Of a stretch of 47,181 nt of DNA, positions 38,956-47,181 are shown piece by piece (position 1 is the stretch's first letter; every line of letters starts with the position of its first letter). Below the pieces are notes generated by a model that saw nothing but the letters and a program-made list of their open reading frames with translations, searched no databases and had not been told where the DNA came from. Source of the DNA: Pyrinomonadaceae bacterium. Lineage in GTDB: Bacteria > Acidobacteriota > Blastocatellia > Pyrinomonadales > Pyrinomonadaceae. The DNA lies in NCBI GenBank assembly GCA_013812905.1, contig JACCSP010000201.1:1-47181 (forward strand), read 5' to 3'. The position numbers and the translations under genes were made by a program.

Positions 38956-39234
38956 ATGTCAGACGGGAAACCAGTTTTGCAAAACATTCAGGATGCATTC
39001 CTGAATACGCTCCGGCGCGAGAAAACGACAGTGACGGTTTATCTCTTGAATGGAGCGAAGTTGATGGGAAAAATCAAAAGCTTCGATAAATTCTCAGTGC
39101 TACTCGAGTCGGGTTCGCAGGAGCAGTTAATCTTCAAGCATGCTATTTCCACCATCTCGCACGCGCGGGAAGTTCGCGGTCCGGTTGATGCTCATCAGTC
39201 TGCCCGGGAATCCGCTGACTCGCGCCAATCGTAA
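38956..39234 (+). CDS. hfq: RNA chaperone Hfq
   Basis: [48 protein letters not shown]. Confidence 0.95.
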   Translation: MSDGKPVLQNIQDAFLNTLRREKTTVTVYLLNGAKLMGKIKSFDKFSVLLESGSQEQLIFKHAISTISHAREVRGPVDAHQSARESADSRQS

Positions 39235-39279
39235 GATTCGTTTACACTCGCCGAATAATCTCCCATCACTAGAGGACTT

Positions 39280-39972
39280 GTGGCTGGCACCTTCATCACC
39301 TTCGAGGGCATAGACGGCGGCGGTAAATCGACACAATTGAGATTGTTGGCTAACTTTCTGCGCTCGCAAGGCTGCGAGGTTCTCGTCACTCGCGAGCCGG
39401 GCGGAACACCTGTCGGTCTGCGCCTACGGTCCGCCCTGCTCGACGCTCAAGAACAGGTTGACCCGCTTACGGAATTGCTGGTCTTTGCAGCCGACCGCGC
39501 ACAGCATGTGCGACGCGTCTTGCGACCGGCGCTGGAAACTGGACAGATCGTGCTATCGGATCGCTACGCCGATGCCACCAAAGCCTACCAGGGCGCCGGT
39601 CGAGGGTTTTCTGCCAACCTAATTTCCGAGATTATCCAGCTCGCCACTGAAGGTCTCCTCCCGGATCTGACCCTGCTCTTTGACCTGTCCGTAGCCGAAT
39701 CTTCTGCGCGAACCCGGCGCAGGTCGGAGGGCAGGCAAAAGGGGGACCGCCTCGACTCGGAGGATGCGGAATTTCACACCAGGGTTCGCGAGGCCTATTT
39801 GGATCTGGCGGAGAAGGAACCCGAGCGCTTTCGCATTGTCACGACGAAGGGGCCGGCTGAAGAAACTCATGAACGCGTAAAAGAGATAGTTCTCCCATTT
39901 CTAAAAGCTCGGGGCCAGATCTTTTCGAGAGAGCCGGCGGCAGCAGGATCTCGCCAGACACAGCCACTATAG
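39280..39972 (+). CDS. tmk: Thymidylate kinase
   Basis: FITFEGIDGGGKST, TREPGGT, AADRAQH, SDRY, AYQGAGR, PDLTLLFD. Confidence 0.95.
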   Translation: MAGTFITFEGIDGGGKSTQLRLLANFLRSQGCEVLVTREPGGTPVGLRLRSALLDAQEQVDPLTELLVFAADRAQHVRRVLRPALETGQIVLSDRYADATKAYQGAGRGFSANLISEIIQLATEGLLPDLTLLFDLSVAESSARTRRRSEGRQKGDRLDSEDAEFHTRVREAYLDLAEKEPERFRIVTTKGPAEETHERVKEIVLPFLKARGQIFSREPAAAGSRQTQPL

Positions 39973-39974
39973 AC

Positions 39975-41051
39975 ATGTTTGATCCACTCACCGGCAACGA
40001 ACGAGTAAAACAGCTGCTCAGACGAATAGTTGCGTCGGCGCGAGTTCCCGGTGCGCTGCTGTTTACAGGGGAAGAGGGTGTTGGGAAAAAGCTCTTTGCC
40101 CTGGAGATAGCCAAGGCGCTCAATTGTCGTGCTTTGAAAGGCGACGAAGGATGCGGCAAGTGCCCGGCATGTAGGCGAATGTCCCGCTTCAATTTTCCTC
40201 AATCCGAAGACTCGGATGATTGGAAGAAAATCATTTGGACAGATCACGGCGATGTAGGAATGGTGGTGGCGCCTAAACGCGTGTTGCTCGTAGATCAGAT
40301 GCGTGATATCGAACGTGAAGCCAATTTTCGACCTTTTGAAGGTAAGGCGCGGATATTCATCGTGGACGACGCTGACAAGCTAAATGACCAATCGGCAAAC
40401 GCCCTGTTGAAGACTCTGGAAGAACCGCCACCTACCTCTCACATCATTCTCATCACCTCGCGGCCCGCTATACTGCTGCCAACAATTCGGTCGCGCTGCC
40501 AAGCAATTAGATTCTCACCACTGACAACGGCGGAGATCGAACAACACTTGGTGAAGAATAAACTTGCGACTCCGGCAGAGGCCGGGCTAAGGGCACGGGC
40601 CGGCAACGGCAGCATCGGGCGGGCCCTGACGGGCGATCTGGAAAGCTTTAAGGAGCGACGAAACGCGATGCTGCAGGTGCTCACGGCGGTGGCCATTACC
40701 GGGGATCATTCTCGTCTCTTGCTCCTTGCTGAAGAGATGAATGAGGCGAAACACAAGGATGAATATGAGTTTGGGCTGGAGTTGCTGGAGACCTTGATTC
40801 GCGATGCCTTAATGCTATCGTTCGAAATTAGCTCCGGTGACGTAATCAACGAAGATGTACTTCCGCAGTTACAAAAGATAAGTGAGCGGATTAACAGCCG
40901 CAGCGCTACCTCATGGATCTCTAGAATTGAGGAGCTTCGCGAACAGCTCATAGTGAACGTAAATCGCAAACCTGCCACCGACGCTCTGTTTCTTTCCATG
41001 GCCGCATCGTGCCCCACTACGGAACCTCGAGCGCTAGCGCCCGGATCCTGA
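39975..41051 (+). CDS. holB: DNA polymerase III delta' subunit
   Basis: LLFTGEEGVGK, LNC..CGKCPAC, DDADKLNDQSANALLKTLEEPP, LLPTIRSRC; follows tmk. Confidence 0.92.
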   Translation: MFDPLTGNERVKQLLRRIVASARVPGALLFTGEEGVGKKLFALEIAKALNCRALKGDEGCGKCPACRRMSRFNFPQSEDSDDWKKIIWTDHGDVGMVVAPKRVLLVDQMRDIEREANFRPFEGKARIFIVDDADKLNDQSANALLKTLEEPPPTSHIILITSRPAILLPTIRSRCQAIRFSPLTTAEIEQHLVKNKLATPAEAGLRARAGNGSIGRALTGDLESFKERRNAMLQVLTAVAITGDHSRLLLLAEEMNEAKHKDEYEFGLELLETLIRDALMLSFEISSGDVINEDVLPQLQKISERINSRSATSWISRIEELREQLIVNVNRKPATDALFLSMAASCPTTEPRALAPGS

Positions 41052-41129
41052 GATCAACTTCGTCTTAGTTTCGTTTTACCGGGCGTTGAGTCCTTGGATC
41101 CGGTCGCTGTCGCTGGCGGTTCCGAAGTG
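41015..41129. repeat. 34-bp-arm inverted repeat overlapping the holB 3' end
   Basis: CACTACGGAACCTCGAGCGCTAGCGCCCGGATCC (41015-41048) versus GGATCCGGTCGCTGTCGCTGGCGGTTCCGAAGTG (41096-41129); 28 of 34 positions complementary. Confidence 0.8.
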
Positions 41130-41222
41130 ATTCAAAAAGCGAAGTTGTTTTTGGCTGACATAGAAAGAGGCCGCCGGAATGTATCAGGCGTCCTCATTTA
41201 CTGCAGCAATTGTCTGTCCAGT

Positions 41223-42323
41223 TTACTTGATGGCAACCAGTTCGGCTTCGGTCTTCGGGGCAGCGATTTCGGCCAGGAGTTTCTCCGTTTCCATGACGAA
41301 GGCTTCGACTATGTCCTCGCCGGCGACCTTCCGCATTGGCACTCCGTTCTTAAAAATCATCCCCACCCCGCGTCCAAACGTCACCCCCAGCTGCGAATCG
41401 TGCGCCTCACCTGGTCCGTTCACCGCGCAACCCATAATCGAAAGGTGCAGCGGTTCTTCAACGTGCGCCAGACGACGCTCGATCTCGGTTACAATCTCTA
41501 CAAAATTATCTACGTCGAGTCGGCCGCAGGTAGGACAGGCCACAACCGTGACGCCACGCGCGCGTAGCTGGAGGGATTTCAGAATTTCCCAAGCGACGCG
41601 AACTTCCTCTTGCGGCTCGGCAGCAAGCGACACACGAATCGTGTCGCCGATGCCTTCGTGCAGCAGAATGCCAAGGCCGATGGCGGATTTGACTGTCCCG
41701 GTGAAAGCCGTGCCGGCTTCGGTCACGCCCAGGTGGAAGGGGTAATCCACTTTTTGGGCGAGCAATCGATAGGCGCCGACCGTGCGGTGCACGTCCGAAG
41801 CTTTCAGCGAAACTATCGTGTCAGTGAATCCGAGATCTTCCAGGATCTGGATGTGTCGAAGCGCTGACTCAACCATGGCTTCCGGGGTCGCAGTGCCATA
41901 CTTCTTCAGTAAATCCTTTTCCAGCGAGCCCCCATTCACGCCAATCCTAATCGGAACCTTTTGCGTTTGCGCAGCACGGACGACCTCGACGATGCGTTCG
42001 CGCTTCCCGATGTTTCCGGGGTTCAATCGAAGTTTATCGATACCAGCATCGAGGGCCATTAGGGCAAGTTTGTAATGGAAGTGGATGTCAGCAACGATCG
42101 GCACTTCCGGTACCCGCTTGCGGATCTCTTTCAGCGCCACCGCGGCGTCATTGTCCGGCACGGCCAGACGCACAATCTCGCATCCGGCGCTGACCATTTC
42201 TTCTATCTGTGCCACGGTGGCGCCTACGTCAGCAGTGTCGGTTTTGGTCATGGACTGAACCACGACAGGCGCGCCGCCCCCAATCTGTATGTCTTTGACT
42301 TTTACTGGTCGAGACTTTCGCAT
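41223..42323 (-). CDS. ispG: HMBPP synthase (flavodoxin-dependent)
   Basis: VQSMT, VADIHF, RLNPGNIG, IRIGVNGGSL, HLGVTEAG, GIGDTIRVSL, CPTCGR, MGCAVNGPGEA. Confidence 0.96.
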   Translation of the reverse strand: MRKSRPVKVKDIQIGGGAPVVVQSMTKTDTADVGATVAQIEEMVSAGCEIVRLAVPDNDAAVALKEIRKRVPEVPIVADIHFHYKLALMALDAGIDKLRLNPGNIGKRERIVEVVRAAQTQKVPIRIGVNGGSLEKDLLKKYGTATPEAMVESALRHIQILEDLGFTDTIVSLKASDVHRTVGAYRLLAQKVDYPFHLGVTEAGTAFTGTVKSAIGLGILLHEGIGDTIRVSLAAEPQEEVRVAWEILKSLQLRARGVTVVACPTCGRLDVDNFVEIVTEIERRLAHVEEPLHLSIMGCAVNGPGEAHDSQLGVTFGRGVGMIFKNGVPMRKVAGEDIVEAFVMETEKLLAEIAAPKTEAELVAIK

Positions 42324-42335
42324 ATATCAATTCTG

Positions 42336-43724
42336 TTATCTAGCTGGCTCCGTCGCAGCGGGTCTACTGCTGTTGGTGGGACGGCTGGAGAATAACTTTA
42401 TGACGTCGTTGGAAATGACAAGGACCATTAGCAGGATGACCATCACGAAACCGACTTGCTGAATGCGCTCGCGCACCGTCATCGATATCGTTAGACCAAT
42501 CGTTGCCAGCAGACCTTCAAGCAAGAGCAGGAAGATTGCCCCGCCATCAAGAACAGGAATTGGTAATAGATTGAAGATGCCAAGGTTAAGGCTAAGGAAC
42601 CCGAGCATGGCAAATAGCCCGGCCCAACCGAGCCTTTGGACCGATGCGGCGGCAGCGTTGTAGATTCCGATTGGTCCAGACAGGGTATTCCTGGCCGAGC
42701 GCTGGCCGGTGACTACTTGCCCCAGGGCTTTCCCCGTCAGACGGAGAATCTCAAGATTGCTGTTGACTGCGTAGGACCCTGCCCCAGCCATACCAACAGA
42801 CTGCAGCGGAATTTCCTCATCGGGACGGAAACCTAATCGCTCCCGTCCATCCTGAAGCTTGCGAGCCGTGGCGGTAATATCTTTCTGTTGGCCAGCCCGG
42901 TTGACGGTTAGTGTAATCGGCTGACTCTTGTGATCACGGATGAACTGGGTTACCTGCTCCGCGCTTCGAACTGCTTGGCCGTTCACTGCTAGAATGCGAT
43001 CCTCCGGTTGTAACCCCGCTTCAGCCGCCGGGGTGTTCGGCTCAATTTCCCGCACGAGAACTGGGACGTCCCCGTAGTCAGGAACAAAATCCATATAGCC
43101 GGCGGTCTCTCCATCTTCAGTGATTGCGGTGGGTGTAAGGGTAAGCGGTATGCGCTCGCGATTACGTTCGACGACTAGAGGCAAAGGCTGGCCAGGAGAT
43201 AGGAGCGCATCGCCACGGATCGTGTTCCATTTCGGGTTCTCGGTGCCGTTGAATGACACTATTCGATCGCCTGTCTTCAATCCCGCAACCTCGGAAGCAC
43301 CTCCCCGGGCCATTGTGCTCACTACCGGTGCTGGTGTTGCGGGAACTCCATACATCAACGCGCCAGCAAAGGGTATAGCGAGTGCGGTAAGTATATTCAT
43401 CACAGGCCCAGCGAGGGCCACCAAAATCCGCTGCCAACGCGGACGAAGATTGAACATTTCATCCTTCGGTATATCAGTAGCCCCGGCGCCTTCGATGGGT
43501 GAGTTGGACTCATCGCCGCCGAGTTTTACGTATCCCCCAAGCGGAACGGCCGAGACCCGATAGTCAGTTTGGCCCCACTTCCTACCAAACAACCGAGGAC
43601 CAAATCCTACCGAGAATGTCTCCACGCGGATTCTGAGTAGCTTGGCGACAATGAAATGGCCAAACTCGTGAAGAATTACAGCCGAGCCAAGAATGAATAT
43701 GAAGGCTAAAATGTTGGTAATCAT
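42336..43724 (-). CDS. rseP: RIP metalloprotease RseP with two PDZ domains
   Basis: HEFGH, FSVGFGP, PLGGYVKL, LAGPVMN, SGPIGI, NLLPIPVLDGG. Confidence 0.93.
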   Translation of the reverse strand: MITNILAFIFILGSAVILHEFGHFIVAKLLRIRVETFSVGFGPRLFGRKWGQTDYRVSAVPLGGYVKLGGDESNSPIEGAGATDIPKDEMFNLRPRWQRILVALAGPVMNILTALAIPFAGALMYGVPATPAPVVSTMARGGASEVAGLKTGDRIVSFNGTENPKWNTIRGDALLSPGQPLPLVVERNRERIPLTLTPTAITEDGETAGYMDFVPDYGDVPVLVREIEPNTPAAEAGLQPEDRILAVNGQAVRSAEQVTQFIRDHKSQPITLTVNRAGQQKDITATARKLQDGRERLGFRPDEEIPLQSVGMAGAGSYAVNSNLEILRLTGKALGQVVTGQRSARNTLSGPIGIYNAAAASVQRLGWAGLFAMLGFLSLNLGIFNLLPIPVLDGGAIFLLLLEGLLATIGLTISMTVRERIQQVGFVMVILLMVLVISNDVIKLFSSRPTNSSRPAATEPAR

Positions 43725-43845
43725 TAATCTACATCTCTTTTCAAACTATATCTCGGACACGTATCTCAGGGAAACGGCTACGCTAGACTCCACACCTCCT
43801 CTGCGGGGTGCCGTCAACGAGTGTACGTGGGCTGGTGAGGGCGCG

Positions 43846-45054
43846 TCAAACGGAGTGTTCGGCTAGCAGATCTGAAGGTCTTGATAACTTCTCTATTTCC
43901 ACTTTAGCGGCCAGGCGCGCCTCTCGGTCCGTATTGAGGACGGTTTCGAGGTCCAGGGCAGGTTTAGTCGTATGTTGATCCATAGCCAACTCGATCACCC
44001 GAGGAATATCAGTTAGACAGATGCGTTCTTCAATAAACGCTCCCACGGCCTCTTCATTGGCGGCGTTTAGAACCGTGGGTAGCGTGCCACCTTCCCGAAG
44101 GGCTCGGTAGGCAAGGGCTATGCAGGGAAAACGATCAAGGTCAGGAGGCTCAAAATGGAGTGTGCCTAGCGCTGTCAGGTCAAGCGGAGGTAGTTCGCAT
44201 GAGTGCCGTTCCGGATATGTCAGCGCATATTGGATCGCATGACGCATGTCGGTGACTCCCATCTGGGCTATCACCGAACCGTCTACTAGCTCGATCATGG
44301 AATGTACGATTGATTCCGGATGAACTACGATTCCAATCTGATCAGCTTCGAAGTCAAAGAGCCAATGCGCCTCGATCACTTCCAGTCCTTTATTCATGAG
44401 GGTGGCCGAATCAATGGTGATCTTGTTTCCCATGTTCCAGGTTGGGTGATGCAGCGCATCCGACACACTCGCTTCGCGCATCTGGCTCTTGTTCTTGGTG
44501 CGGAAGGGACCGCCTGACGCAGTTAGCACTATCCGCCGAACTTCGTGGGGCTTTTCCCCCCGCAGACATTGATGCAACGCATTATGTTCGGAGTCAACGG
44601 GCAATAGCTCCGCGCCGGAAGCCCGGGCGGCCCGAGTCATCAACTCGCCGGCCATAACCAGGGTCTCCTTGTTGGCCAGGGCGACGCGTTTGCCGCTTTC
44701 GAGCGCGCGTAGAGTTGGCACGAAACCAACGGCGCCGACAGTTGCTGATACAACCGTCTTTGCGTGCGGATGTGTGGCCACCTCCACCAGGCCGGATTCC
44801 CCGATAACGATTCTCGGAAGATCAAGATTTCGTTCGAAGAGTTGAGCGCGAAGATCGTGGGCGGCGGTTTCCGTTTCCACGGAAACCAGTTCCGGCAAGT
44901 GGCGGACAATCTGGTCGGCCAGCGTACTTACGTTACGACCGGCACTTAGAGCTACAACACGAAAACGATCGCTGCCAAGGGCTTCTAATACGCGCAGCGC
45001 GTTGCAGCCGATCGAGCCTGTGGATCCGAGGATAGCGATGCCGCTGGGTTTCAT
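43846..45054 (-). CDS. dxr: 1-deoxy-D-xylulose-5-phosphate reductoisomerase
   Basis: ILGSTGSIG, LANKETLV, PVDSEH, LTASGGPFR, HPTWNMGNKITIDSAT, NKGLEVIEA. Confidence 0.96.
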   Translation of the reverse strand: MKPSGIAILGSTGSIGCNALRVLEALGSDRFRVVALSAGRNVSTLADQIVRHLPELVSVETETAAHDLRAQLFERNLDLPRIVIGESGLVEVATHPHAKTVVSATVGAVGFVPTLRALESGKRVALANKETLVMAGELMTRAARASGAELLPVDSEHNALHQCLRGEKPHEVRRIVLTASGGPFRTKNKSQMREASVSDALHHPTWNMGNKITIDSATLMNKGLEVIEAHWLFDFEADQIGIVVHPESIVHSMIELVDGSVIAQMGVTDMRHAIQYALTYPERHSCELPPLDLTALGTLHFEPPDLDRFPCIALAYRALREGGTLPTVLNAANEEAVGAFIEERICLTDIPRVIELAMDQHTTKPALDLETVLNTDREARLAAKVEIEKLSRPSDLLAEHSV

Positions 45055-45095
45055 TTTAAGCGATGAGAGGAACGAATCTTTGCCCGCGAAAGGTG

Positions 45096-45932
45096 CTAGC
45101 CACTAAAATACATGCGGCCAAAATAGTAGATGACCGGCGCGTTGAAGAGCAAGCTATCGAGACGGTCGAGTAAACCGCCATGACCAGGTAGTATATTGGC
45201 CGCGTCTTTTGTACCCGCGCTCCGTTTAAGTGCGCTCTCGGTCAGGTCACCAAGAATACCGACGATTGTCATTACCGCCGCCAGCGGAAGGGCCCACTTC
45301 AACGGTAGTTCTCTAAAAAACCAGAAGTGAGCAAGTGTGGCCATAAGCAGACCCGCGAGCAATCCCCCGGCAACTCCTTCCCAGGTCTTTCCCGGGCTAA
45401 TCGACGGCGCCAGCTTGTGTTTACCGAATGCCCAGCCCACGTAGTATGCGCCCGTATCTGAACCCATAAGGACTAGAAAAAAAAAGCATAAGAGATCCGC
45501 TGAGAGAGCCTGGTTGAATCCGGTGCGCACAGCCACCAAATGGCCACCAAGCAGAACTACGTAGAGAACGCCAAGAACTGTCGCTCCGCTTGAGGCGATC
45601 ATTTTGTCAAAAGGTGCACCGCGCAAAGTGACCGCAAACAGTGTCGCCGCGGTAAACACAATCAAGATGAGCGGGATTAGCTGCATCATCAAGAAATCGG
45701 ACCTTGGGCCGGGGTCGTTGAAATAGAAGACCGTGAACAATGCGGCCGCAGCGAGATAACCGATGGCCGCGTCAGGCTTCAGGTCTCGTCGCTTCGCCAG
45801 CACATAAAACTCAAATAAGCCCGCCACCATCGCCGCAGCCGCGAGAACAACGAATAGAGGTTGCAACCAGGAAATGAGGATGGAAGCGATAAGAAAAGGC
45901 AGGACGATGACAGCGGTAATGATACGAGACAT
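45096..45932 (-). CDS. cdsA: Phosphatidate cytidylyltransferase
   Basis: SDTGAYYVG, KHKLAPSISPGKTWEG, GDLTESALKR, ILPGHGGLLDRLDS; start taken at ATG 45932. Confidence 0.93.
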   Translation of the reverse strand: MSRIITAVIVLPFLIASILISWLQPLFVVLAAAAMVAGLFEFYVLAKRRDLKPDAAIGYLAAAALFTVFYFNDPGPRSDFLMMQLIPLILIVFTAATLFAVTLRGAPFDKMIASSGATVLGVLYVVLLGGHLVAVRTGFNQALSADLLCFFFLVLMGSDTGAYYVGWAFGKHKLAPSISPGKTWEGVAGGLLAGLLMATLAHFWFFRELPLKWALPLAAVMTIVGILGDLTESALKRSAGTKDAANILPGHGGLLDRLDSLLFNAPVIYYFGRMYFSG

Positions 45933-45941
45933 TACAGTTTC

Positions 45942-46049
45942 AGATTTTTGATTGTGATTTTTGTTGAACTGCGCCGTTGAGTTTAACAAAACACGAACCC
46001 AAACTCCCCGTCTGATGATCGACCTGAATTCAATCGCAAATCAAAAACT
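45942..46049. repeat. AT-rich heptamer-type inverted repeat between uppS and cdsA
   Basis: AGATTTTTGATTGTGATT versus AATCGCAAATCAAAAACT. Confidence 0.55.
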
Positions 46050-46053
46050 AAAT

Positions 46054-46845
46054 TCACTTTACGTTTGCTACTAGCTTCAACCCGCCGAAGCGACGATCGC
46101 GTCCCTGATAGTCAATGATGGCTTCGAGCAAGTGAACCCGGCGAAAGTCTGGCCAGAGGGTTTCAGTCACATAGATTTCGCTGTAGGCCGCCTGCCACAG
46201 CAGAAAGTTGGAGATGCGCAGTTCACCGCTGGTACGCACCAGCAAATCCAGGTCGGGTAGATTGCGGGTGTAGAGTTCATTCGCTATGCGCTCTTCTGTC
46301 AGCTCGTCAGGCGAGTTGCCTTCATCAAGCAGACGCCGCACGGCAGCGCGGCAAGCATCGACAATCTCGGCTCGGCCGCCATAATTCAGAGCCACCGTCA
46401 ATACCATTCCTTTGTTTTTCTCAGTTCTCTCGGTAGCTTTCACAATCTCACGGCGCACAGTGTCTGCCAGCGCGCCCGTTCGGCCTATGGTCTGAAACTT
46501 GATGTTCTGTCTGTCGATCTCATCGAGCTCGAGCCGAAGATAACGTTGCAACATCCGCATCAGGGCATCAACTTCATAGCGCGGTCGTTTCCAGTTTTCA
46601 GTTGAAAAAGCGTAGAGCGTGAGAGCTCCCAAGCCGAGCCGCGCACCTGTGTCCACGGCCGCCCGAACCGCTTCGACACCGGCTCGGTGTCCGGCGATCC
46701 GCGGTTGGCCGCGCTGCGCCGCCCAGCGGCCGTTGCCATCCATTATGATTGCGACATGACGAGGCAAACGGTCCCAGGCGATTGATGCGAGCAGCAACTC
46801 ATCGCGGGTTCCAGGCTTTACGACTTCGGCAAAATCAATAAGCAT
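46054..46845 (-). CDS. uppS: Undecaprenyl diphosphate synthase (isoprenyl transferase)
   Basis: HVAIIMDGNGRWA, GHRAG, YAFSTENWKRP, ALNYGGR, RTSGELRISNFLLWQ, RRFGG; start taken at ATG 46845. Confidence 0.95.
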   Translation of the reverse strand: MLIDFAEVVKPGTRDELLLASIAWDRLPRHVAIIMDGNGRWAAQRGQPRIAGHRAGVEAVRAAVDTGARLGLGALTLYAFSTENWKRPRYEVDALMRMLQRYLRLELDEIDRQNIKFQTIGRTGALADTVRREIVKATERTEKNKGMVLTVALNYGGRAEIVDACRAAVRRLLDEGNSPDELTEERIANELYTRNLPDLDLLVRTSGELRISNFLLWQAAYSEIYVTETLWPDFRRVHLLEAIIDYQGRDRRFGGLKLVANVK

Positions 46846-46963
46846 AAATTCAATCAAGTGAAGGATGGCCAAGGCGGTCACATTCTTGCTTCAACTCTAA
46901 GGCGTGTCAATAAACAGGTGCTGATGCGTCGAGCGTTAGTTTAGGTTTCATAATTTTCATAGT

Positions 46964-47026
46964 CACACCGCTTTAGCCCGGTGTCTAAGCGGGCTCCGAC
47001 AGGCTGGAAATGTTTTAATGGTTTCC
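46964..47026. repeat. Partial copy of the 1479-1648 palindromic element
   Basis: CACACCGCTTTAGCCCGGTGTC followed by the degenerate inner motif AAATGTTTTAATGGTTT. Confidence 0.6.
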
Positions 47027-47181
47027 TTGAAGCGTCATCCCCTAGGCTCCAATCAAGTGGGATAGAAACTGAGCGCACTAGCACCTTAGGAAGAGAGTTT
47101 CCGTTTCCACTCTTTCGATTGTGGAGCGGGTGCCTAGTTCTTCCATAGCTGTGTTTCCCAGAGCCTCCCGATGATCCCGGA

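Noticed and set aside
47027..47181. Possible 3' end of an upstream gene such as frr before uppS
   Set aside because: The minus-strand frames show no recognisable similarity and are too short to call.

Overview
A mostly housekeeping bacterial chromosome segment. From gene content and repeat style I infer Acidobacteriota (Blastocatellia/Pyrinomonadaceae-like); this is not verified. Left to right: (1) a probable group II intron domain-I remnant fused to a doubly truncated HlyC/CorC (CBS) fragment; (2) modA, divergent from a sulfate-type ABC operon (sbp, a single permease, cysA); (3) a serine hydrolase, Gfo/Idh/MocA oxidoreductase, ArnT-like transferase, Zn-ribbon protein, pseudo alpha/beta hydrolase, mobA, a permuted SpoIVB/S55 peptidase and rsmG; (4) a co-oriented trp run (PLP decarboxylase, DECR-like SDR, trpE, cyclophilin, trpG, trpD, trpC, trpF, diguanylate cyclase, S9 peptidase, trpB; no trpA in the window); (5) a WD40-caspase protein; (6) addB-addA-like genes, hfq, tmk, holB; (7) the uppS-cdsA-dxr-rseP-ispG cluster. 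The most unusual signal is a set of short palindromic and tandem repeat families. They occupy many intergenic gaps and also appear in frame inside addB (three sites), addA and the 3' end of holB, adding new peptide segments without breaking the reading frames. I saw no CRISPR array, tRNA, rRNA or intact transposase. All calls come from reading motifs by eye, without database searches.
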